Shown piece by piece: positions 1 to 7,524 of a stretch of 64,000 nt of DNA (positions are counted from its first letter, which is position 1; each line of letters begins with the position of its first letter). Below the pieces are notes generated by a model that saw only the letters and a list, made by a program, of their open reading frames with translations, did not search any database and was not told the DNA's origin. Source of the stretch: an uncultured Planctomycetales bacterium (GTDB taxonomy: Bacteria; Omnitrophota; Gorgyraeia; Zapsychrales; JANLHA01). The position numbers and the translations under genes were made by a program. The stretch is from assembly GCA_964595465.1 (NCBI GenBank), contig CAZQQI010000001.1, positions 4,952 through 68,951 of the forward strand, written 5' to 3'.

Positions 1-13
1 CCGTCACAGCATA

Positions 14-184
14 TCAGGAAAACTCCGGCGGATCGCCCTCCTCATCCTCAAACTGAGCTTCCAGCAAATCCGAGATATAGTTCAGCTTTTTTAAAACCAG
101 TATGGGGAAGATCGCGAACATCCAAACATTGATCATGAGGATGACGACCTGCTGAAGCGGGGTAAATGAAAACACGTTTTCCAT
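14..184 (-). CDS. Small hypothetical membrane protein (one TM helix, acidic tail)
   Basis: Hydrophobic stretch VVILMINVWMFAIFPILVL. ATG at 184 has GGAG upstream and follows the PilZ gene. Confidence 0.55.
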   Translation of the reverse strand: MENVFSFTPLQQVVILMINVWMFAIFPILVLKKLNYISDLLEAQFEDEEGDPPEFS

Positions 185-197
185 ACCTGCAGACTCC

Positions 198-569
198 TTA
201 ATCTTCATTCAGACGGTTCTGGACATATTCTTTCAGCACGCTGGAATCTTTTTCCTGAATGTCATAGAAAAAAATCGCGACATGATAGGCTCCGGAATCC
301 GGGATGGCCTCAGTTCTGACCACCACACCGCCGCAGGAGATCTTGCGTGTCTGGTTTTTATCCTTACGCCGGATAGTCAGCAGCAGCTGAATATCCAGTT
401 TGGTCATCGGTTCAATGTAATTGCTGACCCGGCAGTACACACCGGACCGGCTCAAATTCTGGGTTTCGGTCACCGCATCGAATTCCGTCGTGCAGATCTT
501 AACCGGGAGACTGCTGTCCACGCGGGGATAGCGGCGGCGCTCGTTCTGTTCGTTTTTATGATCGTTCAT
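198..569 (-). CDS. Single-domain PilZ c-di-GMP receptor
   Basis: RxxxR (ERRRYPR) and NxSxxG (NLSRSG) motifs intact. Confidence 0.88.
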   Translation of the reverse strand: MNDHKNEQNERRRYPRVDSSLPVKICTTEFDAVTETQNLSRSGVYCRVSNYIEPMTKLDIQLLLTIRRKDKNQTRKISCGGVVVRTEAIPDSGAYHVAIFFYDIQEKDSSVLKEYVQNRLNED

Positions 570-600
570 GAATGATCCTTGCCGGTGAGGCGTTATCCTC

Positions 601-777
601 TTACGAAGACGCTTCTTCCTTCTGCTCGGCAGCCTCTTCCGCCGCCTTCTCCCTGGCTTTTCGCCAGCAATTCGGATTGCAGTAATATTTGCCGTTACGG
701 TAATAGCGCTTGGCGCGATGCGCGGTCTTTTTGCAGAATGCGCATTTTTTTAGATCTTCATTCTTCTCGTCTGCCAT
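601..777 (-). CDS. Small Cys-rich putative Zn-finger protein (TRASH/YHS-like)
   Basis: CAFC...YCNPNC followed by a charged helix; AAGGAG SD upstream of ATG at 777. Confidence 0.7.
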   Translation of the reverse strand: MADEKNEDLKKCAFCKKTAHRAKRYYRNGKYYCNPNCWRKAREKAAEEAAEQKEEASS

Positions 778-806
778 AACACACTCAACTCCTTTCAGGG
801 GTTTAA

Positions 807-1130
807 CTAAACAATATAGCGTTGTATCTTGTCCCGCGGACAAGCATTAATATCTTTTTCACCGAATTCCACGCCGATCAAATAAGAATCACTATGCGGA
901 ATACGGCGGGCCCACACCACCTGGCCTTCTAAATGAACCTGATGGGCGCCTTCCAACGGGAACTGCGTAAAGATCTGCTCTCTTAAGGGGATGAAATGCT
1001 CCGCGCGGATACGCAGACCGCCTTCACTCAGATCACGGCTTACGCAGGACTCGTTGATTTTCCCGTGCTCCATCCGGAATCTTACCGGACGGCGGAACGG
1101 CACCCTTTTATACCGGCGTTGTTCTGCCAA
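807..1130 (-). CDS. Single-domain PilZ c-di-GMP receptor
   Basis: QRRYKR and DLSEGG motifs; TTG start with AGGAG SD. Confidence 0.88.
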   Translation of the reverse strand: MAEQRRYKRVPFRRPVRFRMEHGKINESCVSRDLSEGGLRIRAEHFIPLREQIFTQFPLEGAHQVHLEGQVVWARRIPHSDSYLIGVEFGEKDINACPRDKIQRYIV

Positions 1131-1164
1131 ACCAACTCCTTTTCCTGCATAAAATCTTTGCAGA

Positions 1165-1192
1165 ATTATAACATAGATTCAAGGTGAAACAA
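1165..1192 (-). promoter_or_regulatory. sigma70-type extended -10 promoter for the PilZ operon
   Basis: Minus strand TTGTTT-N16-TATAAT with TG at -15/-14 (ATGTTATAAT). Confidence 0.6.
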
Positions 1193-1237
1193 TATTTTTT
1201 TCCCGCGGCAAAAGCGGAAACCCTGCTGTTTTTCTCT

Positions 1238-1265
1238 TTGTCATGATACCGGAACATGTTATAAT
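1238..1265 (+). promoter_or_regulatory. sigma70-type promoter for exeA (likely leaderless)
   Basis: TTGTCA-N16-TATAAT with TGn extension; ATG lies 7 nt after the -10 box. Confidence 0.7.
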
Positions 1266-1271
1266 CCAGCC

Positions 1272-2084
1272 ATGTACCAGGAATTCTACGGATTCAGAGA
1301 ACTTCCGTTTAATGTCACTTCAGATCCGGACTTCTTTTTTCCCAGTTCGATCCACGAAGAGGCCTTCTCCCATTTAATGTACGGTATTAAACACCGCAAG
1401 GGCGTTCTGGTAATTTCCGGAGAGATCGGAACCGGCAAAACCACTCTCTGCCGCAATCTGCTCGAACGGGTTGATACAACCGTCCGGACCGCCTTGATCC
1501 TTAATCCCTATTTTTCCGAAGCCCAGCTTTTGCGCATAATCCTGGAAGACCTGGGCATTGAAGGCTGTTTCCGCAACAAACTGGAATTGATCCATGCCCT
1601 CAACGATTACCTGCTGGCAGAGTCTGCTGAAGGCAATAATGTGGTCCTGATCATTGACGAGGCCCAGGACCTGAAACCGCGTCAACTCGAACAGATCCGC
1701 CTGCTCTCCAATCTCGAAACACAAAAACATAAATTATTGCAGATCATCCTGGTGGGTCAACCCGAACTGCTGGATATTCTTCGCCGGGATGATATGCGCC
1801 AGATCAACCAGCGGATCTCTGTCCGCTACCACATCATGCCCTTGAAAAAAGAAGAGATCACGGATTACGTTTATCACCGCCTGAAGATCGCGGCCCAATC
1901 CCAAAACGGATCACGCCCGGCAGAATTTACACCCGAAGCCGTAGACGCCTTATATCATTTTTCGCGCGGCACGCCGCGCCTAATCAACATCATCTGCGAC
2001 CGGGCCCTGCTGCTGGGTTTCGTCAACGGATCACACACCATCGACCAGGCCATGATCTGCAAAAGCGCGAAAGAAACCAGCTGA
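1272..2084 (+). CDS. ExeA/GspA-family AAA ATPase (no C-terminal peptidoglycan-binding domain)
   Basis: MYxxFYGFxExPF N-terminus, Walker A GEIGTGKT, Walker B LIIDEAQ, GxPRxIN motif. Confidence 0.9.
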   Translation: MYQEFYGFRELPFNVTSDPDFFFPSSIHEEAFSHLMYGIKHRKGVLVISGEIGTGKTTLCRNLLERVDTTVRTALILNPYFSEAQLLRIILEDLGIEGCFRNKLELIHALNDYLLAESAEGNNVVLIIDEAQDLKPRQLEQIRLLSNLETQKHKLLQIILVGQPELLDILRRDDMRQINQRISVRYHIMPLKKEEITDYVYHRLKIAAQSQNGSRPAEFTPEAVDALYHFSRGTPRLINIICDRALLLGFVNGSHTIDQAMICKSAKETS

Positions 2085-2163
2085 ATATTCAGCAGTCCAG
2101 CAATAAAGCTCTGCCGTTTAACATAACTCTAGCAATTGATTTCTGTCCAAAGGATAACATGAC

Positions 2164-2655
2164 ATGAGCACCATCCACGACGCCTTGAAAAAAGTCCAGC
2201 AAAAAATGTCCCCTGGCAAAGAAAACGTCCGGGAAAATCCTGTGACCAGCGGCCTTTCCCCTCAGGAAAAACAGGACGCCGAACAGCCCGGAACACCTTC
2301 CCCCTCCCCCAAAATAAACCCCAAACGGCCGACACTTTTCCGGATATTCCTGGCAGCCTTCTTCTGCCTGATCCTAGCCGGTACCATAACCTATCTGATC
2401 TATATCCGCGGCGTTTCTCACCAAAGCCCGTCAGCTTCCACGATCATAACCTCCGCGCAGGACCAGGCTGAACCGATCCGCCTCAAACTCAACGGCATCA
2501 GCCGCATTGAAGGGCGCAAGGTCGCCCTGATCAACAATGAAATTTATGAGCAGGGACAGACCGTCAGCGGTCTGACAGTGGAATCGATCGCTATGGGCCA
2601 GGTCGTTCTAACAGACCCCAGCGGCGCGCGCCAGATCCTGAAGGTGATGCCATAA
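2164..2655 (+). CDS. GspB/ExeB-like protein (T2SSB C-terminal domain)
   Basis: MSTIHDALKK N-terminus, disordered linker, TM helix, L.GI....ALIN....G C-terminal domain; follows exeA. Confidence 0.75.
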   Translation: MSTIHDALKKVQQKMSPGKENVRENPVTSGLSPQEKQDAEQPGTPSPSPKINPKRPTLFRIFLAAFFCLILAGTITYLIYIRGVSHQSPSASTIITSAQDQAEPIRLKLNGISRIEGRKVALINNEIYEQGQTVSGLTVESIAMGQVVLTDPSGARQILKVMP

Positions 2656-2671
2656 GCGGCTAAAAAACAAA

Positions 2672-2699
2672 TGGCGAATTGAGAATAGGGAATAGCGAA
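2672..2699 (+). repeat. Degenerate heptamer tandem repeat, 4 units
   Basis: TGGCGAA TTGAGAA TAGGGAA TAGCGAA immediately after the gspB stop. Confidence 0.65.
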
Positions 2700-2748
2700 C
2701 CGCGCTGTACTGTCCGGGTACAGGTGACAATCATTACGTTCATATTGT
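2687..2748 (+). repeat. Dispersed repeat copy A (inverted homolog of 4050-4106)
   Basis: Shares AGGGAATAGCG, CTGTAYTGTYCGGG, GGTGACAAT and CATATTGT in order with the reverse complement of 4050-4106. Confidence 0.75.
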
Positions 2749-2815
2749 GTCGGGATCGATTTCAAGAATCCGGAGCAGCCTAAGCCCGGATCAATCGAAG
2801 GAAGACGTTTCCCGC

Positions 2816-3940
2816 TTAAAATAATGTCCCGGCATCTTCGCCCGGCTGTTGCAGATATTTGCTGACCGCCCGCCGGATCGCTTCTTCCGGAACATCCTCC
2901 ACGATCTTAACACTGCCGAGAGCGTTCATTAAGACAAAACGATTGCGGCCGGTATGAAATTTTTTGTCATGCCGCATCGGCTCCAATAAGGTATCCAGCG
3001 GCATCCCCTTGATCTTTTCCGGCAGACCCAGCCGTGTCAGCAGGTCATTCAGCCGGCGGGCGTCATCTTCCGGGATCATCCCGCATAAAAGCGATATCTC
3101 CGCGGCGGCCCGCATCCCCAGAGCCACAGCTTCACCATGCTGATACGGCTCATAAGCGGAAGACGCTTCAACAGCATGTCCGATAGTATGGCCGAAATTC
3201 AAAATCGTCCGCAGGCCCTGGCTCTCGCGTTCATCACGGCTGACAATACTGGCCTTGATCCGGCTGCAGAGATAGACGGTTTCCGTAAGGGGCTTCTGTT
3301 CAAGCCTTAGCAGGGCGTCAGCATTGGCTTCAATAAAGGCAAACAGATTCTTGTCACAGATGACACCGTACTTAACCGCTTCGGACAGGCCGTTGCGGAT
3401 CTGCCTCAGGTCAAGCGTCCGCAGAAGATCCACATCGGTATAGACCAGACGCGGATGATAAAACGCGCCCACCAGATTTTTCCCGAAAGGAAGGTCCACC
3501 GCGACCTTGCCCCCCATAGCGGAATCAATCTGGGCCAGCAGTGTTGTGGGAACCTGCACGTAGGGGATCCCGCGGCGGTACGCAGCGGCCACATAACCGG
3601 CCAGATCTCCGACCACGCCTCCGCCAAAGGCGATGATAAAGACATTTTTCCCCGCATATTCTTCAGCGATACGCCTGATCAGATCAAATGCACATTCCGC
3701 GGACTTGCTGGATTCTCCGCTGGGGACGTCCAAAAATCCCACGCCGAACCCGGCATCACGCAGAGCCGAAGAGAGCTCAGCGCCATGATGCTGGTGTATC
3801 ACCGGGTTGGTCACGATAACGGCATCCGTCCCGATATTCTGTCTTTTAATTTCCGCCGCCAGCTCGGACAATATGCCGTGGCCGATCATAATAGGATAAC
3901 TTTGCTGATCCGGCTGAAATTCGATTTTAATCGGTCGCAT
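2816..3940 (-). CDS. aroB: 3-dehydroquinate synthase
   Basis: GGGVVGDLAG, VPTTLLAQIDS, KNLVGAFY, LNFGHTIGHA, HGEAV motifs. Confidence 0.96.
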   Translation of the reverse strand: MRPIKIEFQPDQQSYPIMIGHGILSELAAEIKRQNIGTDAVIVTNPVIHQHHGAELSSALRDAGFGVGFLDVPSGESSKSAECAFDLIRRIAEEYAGKNVFIIAFGGGVVGDLAGYVAAAYRRGIPYVQVPTTLLAQIDSAMGGKVAVDLPFGKNLVGAFYHPRLVYTDVDLLRTLDLRQIRNGLSEAVKYGVICDKNLFAFIEANADALLRLEQKPLTETVYLCSRIKASIVSRDERESQGLRTILNFGHTIGHAVEASSAYEPYQHGEAVALGMRAAAEISLLCGMIPEDDARRLNDLLTRLGLPEKIKGMPLDTLLEPMRHDKKFHTGRNRFVLMNALGSVKIVEDVPEEAIRRAVSKYLQQPGEDAGTLF

Positions 3941-3990
3941 CTTTCTCCCTCACATTAATCCGGTCAGATGATTTTGCTGTTCTTTGAGTT

Positions 3991-4094
3991 TGTATTATTC
4001 GGAAGGTGTGGCAACAATACGGTGATCATATTCTGCCGTCTTTTATAATACAATATGCCCTCTGTTAATTGTCACCGGCATCCCGAACAATACA
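3991..4094. mobile_element. MITE-like 104-bp element with imperfect ~25-bp terminal inverted repeats (TGT..ACA)
   Basis: TGTATTATTCGGAA (3991-4004) versus TCCCGAACAATACA (4081-4094). Parts recur at 2687-2748 and 13747-13783. Confidence 0.5.
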
Positions 4095-4112
4095 GCGCTA
4101 TTCCCTGGCACA

Positions 4113-4715
4113 TCATACCTTCACGCCCATCATCCCCGCGAGCACTTCCACGCCCAGCCAGATCACACGGAAAAGGCCGAGATTCAGCAGGACCAGGACC
4201 ACAATGATCCCGTACCGTTCAAAACGCAGATACTGCCTCATCAACCCGTCCGGCAGTAAAGAGGCCACCACCCGCGACCCGTCCAGAGGAGGAATCGGGA
4301 TCAGGTTGAAAACCGCAAGGACCAGATTGACGATCAGAGCCGTTGTCAGAAAACTGCGCGCCGGCCAGGACCAGGCAAAAGATTTAAGGATGAGACTGAA
4401 AAGGAAAGCGATACAAATATTAGTCAATGGTCCCGACGCGCCCACCAAAAGCATATCTCTTTTAGGATCTTTCAGACGGGAAAAATCAACCGGCACCGGG
4501 CGGGCCCACCCCAAAGGCGCAAACCCCATCAAACGCAGGACCACCGGTACAATGATCGTGCCCACGGGATCAATATGTTTAAGCGGGTTCAAGGTCAGCC
4601 GGCCGGCATCACGCGCAGTGGTATCGCCCCGCCATAATGCCGTCAGGCCGTGGGCGCATTCGTGCGCGATCACCGAGAAAAGCACGATCGCTATGATCTT
4701 AACAAATTCCAGCAT
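4113..4715 (-). CDS. Site-2 protease (M50 family)
   Basis: HECAH, LTLNPLKHIDP, GPLTN, NLIPIPPLDG. Confidence 0.93.
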   Translation of the reverse strand: MLEFVKIIAIVLFSVIAHECAHGLTALWRGDTTARDAGRLTLNPLKHIDPVGTIIVPVVLRLMGFAPLGWARPVPVDFSRLKDPKRDMLLVGASGPLTNICIAFLFSLILKSFAWSWPARSFLTTALIVNLVLAVFNLIPIPPLDGSRVVASLLPDGLMRQYLRFERYGIIVVLVLLNLGLFRVIWLGVEVLAGMMGVKV

Positions 4716-4734
4716 GCTGTGTTCCGCTGCTCAA

Positions 4735-5574
4735 TTATAAAACGAGTTTGATCCTGGTCACCAGAACGACTGGATAAGCTGCCCCGTCATCTTCTTCGGC
4801 CAGACCTTTGATATGAACCTTCTGGTTTAAATAACCGTCCAGCACATTACGGTAGCCTTTAAGCAAATAGGTCTGACCGTCTTCATCCTTGACCCAGTGA
4901 CGCACCTGGGGAGACACGGCATCCTCCCCCAGGCTGTAGACCACAGCTGTGAGCGATCTCTCCCGGGCCTGACGTTCAGCACGGCGGCGTTCCTCCTCTG
5001 CCCGGAGGCGTTCCTCTTCCTGGTGCTGCAAAACATAAACATTACGGGTGGGCAGTTCGACAACGCGGACAGGCGGGATCGTGTCATCAGCATAGGCCAG
5101 AAAATCATCTTTGATCCAGCCGGTCACGCCTTCGACAGGGGCGATCTCATACCATCCGTCGTCCCCGCGGTCCTTGACCCGGACCAGAGTCCCTTCGCTC
5201 AGCTGGCCGACCACGGCGGACCGGCCATCGGGGCGTGAGCGGATATTGACGCGGCTGCCGCTGATCCGGCCGATGCCGTCCCGCAAATATTCGACCAGCT
5301 CTCCATAAACAAAGACCGAAAAATCCTCTGGGAGCCGGATCTCCTGCCAACTGTAGCTTGTGCCGAGGACAACAACTCTGTCGCCCAGAGACAACTGGCC
5401 GAGACGATCAAAATTGCGGTTCTGACCGGCGCGCACATTCACGGAATCGACGATCACCTGAGCCACATATGGCGGGGTGCGTGTCTCTTCCGCAGCACAA
5501 GCCCGTTTTTCCGCAGGCATACTTCCGGCGACCATGCTCAGCACGATCAGAATTGTGGGGAATGTTCTGCGCAT
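4735..5574 (-). CDS. Secreted tandem-SH3b protein with coiled coil and C-terminal OB-like domain
   Basis: Signal peptide; VNVRAG and VNIRSRP...GWYEI..GW SH3b patterns; EEERLRAEEERRRAE coil. Confidence 0.8.
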   Translation of the reverse strand: MRRTFPTILIVLSMVAGSMPAEKRACAAEETRTPPYVAQVIVDSVNVRAGQNRNFDRLGQLSLGDRVVVLGTSYSWQEIRLPEDFSVFVYGELVEYLRDGIGRISGSRVNIRSRPDGRSAVVGQLSEGTLVRVKDRGDDGWYEIAPVEGVTGWIKDDFLAYADDTIPPVRVVELPTRNVYVLQHQEEERLRAEEERRRAERQARERSLTAVVYSLGEDAVSPQVRHWVKDEDGQTYLLKGYRNVLDGYLNQKVHIKGLAEEDDGAAYPVVLVTRIKLVL

Positions 5575-5587
5575 GCCTCTTTCGGCG

Positions 5588-5797
5588 TTAGGATTCGGCT
5601 TTCTTTTCGCCTTCTTCTTCCTTGGGGGATTTGCGGCTGGCTTTAACCTTAACGATCTTGGTCTTGGGCAGCTTGGTCACGCGCCCTTCCTGCCACGTGC
5701 CTTTTTTCATAAGGTCTTTGATGCGTTCGATCCTCGTCAAAACAGTGCGCTGCTGCGCACCGGCGGTGTCGACTTTGAGTGATGGGTGTAATGACAT
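5588..5797 (-). CDS. PVC-superphylum signature small basic protein (TIGR04137-like)
   Basis: MSLHPSLK...RTVLTRIERI..L.K.G.W.EG...LPKTK pattern; AAGGAG SD. Confidence 0.88.
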   Translation of the reverse strand: MSLHPSLKVDTAGAQQRTVLTRIERIKDLMKKGTWQEGRVTKLPKTKIVKVKASRKSPKEEEGEKKAES

Positions 5798-5799
5798 AA

Positions 5800-6420
5800 T
5801 CACAAACTCCTTATTAAACAATCATGGAATGTTTTTCGTAATCGTTCCTGCAGGTCCAACGCGGCGACTTTTCTGCCGTACCGGCCCACGCAGACAATAT
5901 AATACGAACCCTTTTGGGCGATGAAGGCATCATAGCCGTCATCCATCAGATCCCGGACTAATGTATCCGCCCGGTTTTGCCGTTGGAAAGATGCTACCTG
6001 AACAGTATAGGTTTTGTCAACTGTTTTCTTGCGTTCAGGCTCACTTTTTGGCGGTTTTGGCTGTTTTTCGGCCTGTTTCGCGGCTTTTTGCAATTCCAGC
6101 GGCTGCGCGTCCGCTAAAACATCTTCTGCCCGGGCCGCTGCAGGAGCAGTCGGTGCCAAAGCAGGCGGCGGCTCTTTCGATACTGCGGTCTTTACCGGAC
6201 CGGATTGATATTCTCTGATAATCAGACGCCGCCCCTTTTCTACTCCGAATGAAAACGCGACAACCATTCCCAAAATAAAAGCAACCACACAAATAATGGC
6301 ATTTTCCACGGACACATGAAATGAACTGGCTGCCAGCTTGCCTTTACGGCTGGTTTTTTTTCCGGACACGGCTCCGGGGAATAACTCAAACTGAGATGGA
6401 CGCTTGGGAGACAGGTTCAT
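5800..6420 (-). CDS. SPOR-domain membrane-anchored protein (FtsN/DedD-like)
   Basis: TM helix ending FSFGVEKG, Pro/Ala linker, YTVQVASF...YIVCVGRY SPOR domain. Confidence 0.88.
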   Translation of the reverse strand: MNLSPKRPSQFELFPGAVSGKKTSRKGKLAASSFHVSVENAIICVVAFILGMVVAFSFGVEKGRRLIIREYQSGPVKTAVSKEPPPALAPTAPAAARAEDVLADAQPLELQKAAKQAEKQPKPPKSEPERKKTVDKTYTVQVASFQRQNRADTLVRDLMDDGYDAFIAQKGSYYIVCVGRYGRKVAALDLQERLRKTFHDCLIRSL

Positions 6421-6426
6421 ATATAT

Positions 6427-6435
6427 ATTTTATCA
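6427..6435 (-). promoter_or_regulatory. Extended -10 promoter directly ahead of the SPOR gene (likely leaderless)
   Basis: Minus strand TGATAAAAT, then 6 nt, then ATG; no SD. Confidence 0.55.
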
Positions 6436-6441
6436 TGAGCG

Positions 6442-7524
6442 TCAAATGTTCTGACGCAATTGCTGTAGCTGTTTTCGGAACGGCTTATGCTTGTACAGCT
6501 CGCGGAAAGCCTTCACCACTTTCGGATCAAACTGGGTCCCGCTGTTATGGGTCACTTCTTCCACGGCTTCGGGAATATTCAGCTGCTTCCGGTAGGGCCG
6601 TTCACTGATCATAGCCTCAAAGGCATCGACCACCCCCATGATCCGGGCTCCCAGCGGGATCTGCTCCTTGACCAGGCCCGATGGATAACCGCTGCCGTCA
6701 TATTTTTCGTGATGATAAAGGATAATCGGCAGGACCGGCTTGAGAAACCCCACCGGCCGGATCAGATCCGCGCTCTTGGTCGGCATATCCCGAATAACCT
6801 TGAATTCTCCCGACGTCAGCTGACTGCGCTTGGAAAGAATGTCATAAGGAACATCCAGCGCGCCGGCATCATGCAGGATACTCGCATAATAAAGGTTCTC
6901 TATCCCCTGCTCACTCATACGCATCTTTTCCGCCAGGGCCTTGACCACATTGAAATAAGCCGAGGTCTGCTTCATCGTGCGGTGACTTTTCCGCTGAAGC
7001 AGCTGACCGATGAAACGGATACTGCTCAAAATGGTCCCCTGCTGCTGTTCATTAAACTGCTGATTCCGTATCGCCGTCACGCTTTGTTCAGCAAACACAG
7101 CGAGCAGTTCACGGTCGAAATCCGTGAACGGGACATCCCGCGAAGAACGCTTGACAAAAATGGCGCCGACGATCTCATCGGCGACCAGGGGCAGGCCGAT
7201 CATGCGCTTTTCGATCAGAGGATACCCTTCTGTGACGCGCATCTCTTTGGCCGGGATCTTCTGCAGATCTTTTTTCTTGTCGAGAAAAATATTGATCTTA
7301 TTATTGAAGATGGCGATCATAGCGACCTGTTTCTTCTCCGGATCCAGGATAAAGACCCAGGCCGAATGCGCGTTGATAAACTGGCATAACAGGCGGACCA
7401 GACGCAGAGAAAGCTCTTTCACATTATATGTCGAGTTAACCAGGCGGTAGACCATATGCACCGCGGAAAGGACCAAGCGGTATTTTTTGGCGGAATTGAC
7501 TTTTCCCGTCCCTCTCATCATCAC
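6442..7524 (-). CDS. GAF-like plus degenerate HD-GYP protein
   Basis: HHEKYDGSGYP, RPYRK and GTQFDP present; several metal ligands substituted; N-terminal GAF-like FTDFDRELL..FAEQ. Confidence 0.88.
   Translation of the reverse strand: MMMRGTGKVNSAKKYRLVLSAVHMVYRLVNSTYNVKELSLRLVRLLCQFINAHSAWVFILDPEKKQVAMIAIFNNKINIFLDKKKDLQKIPAKEMRVTEGYPLIEKRMIGLPLVADEIVGAIFVKRSSRDVPFTDFDRELLAVFAEQSVTAIRNQQFNEQQQGTILSSIRFIGQLLQRKSHRTMKQTSAYFNVVKALAEKMRMSEQGIENLYYASILHDAGALDVPYDILSKRSQLTSGEFKVIRDMPTKSADLIRPVGFLKPVLPIILYHHEKYDGSGYPSGLVKEQIPLGARIMGVVDAFEAMISERPYRKQLNIPEAVEEVTHNSGTQFDPKVVKAFRELYKHKPFRKQLQQLRQNI

Noticed and set aside
3960-4110. 6S RNA candidate
   Set aside because: Too short and lacks the symmetric central bubble; better explained as the repeat element
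6004-6020. TTGACA and TATACT inside the SPOR gene (minus strand)
   Set aside because: The spacer is only 5 nt, so this is not a promoter
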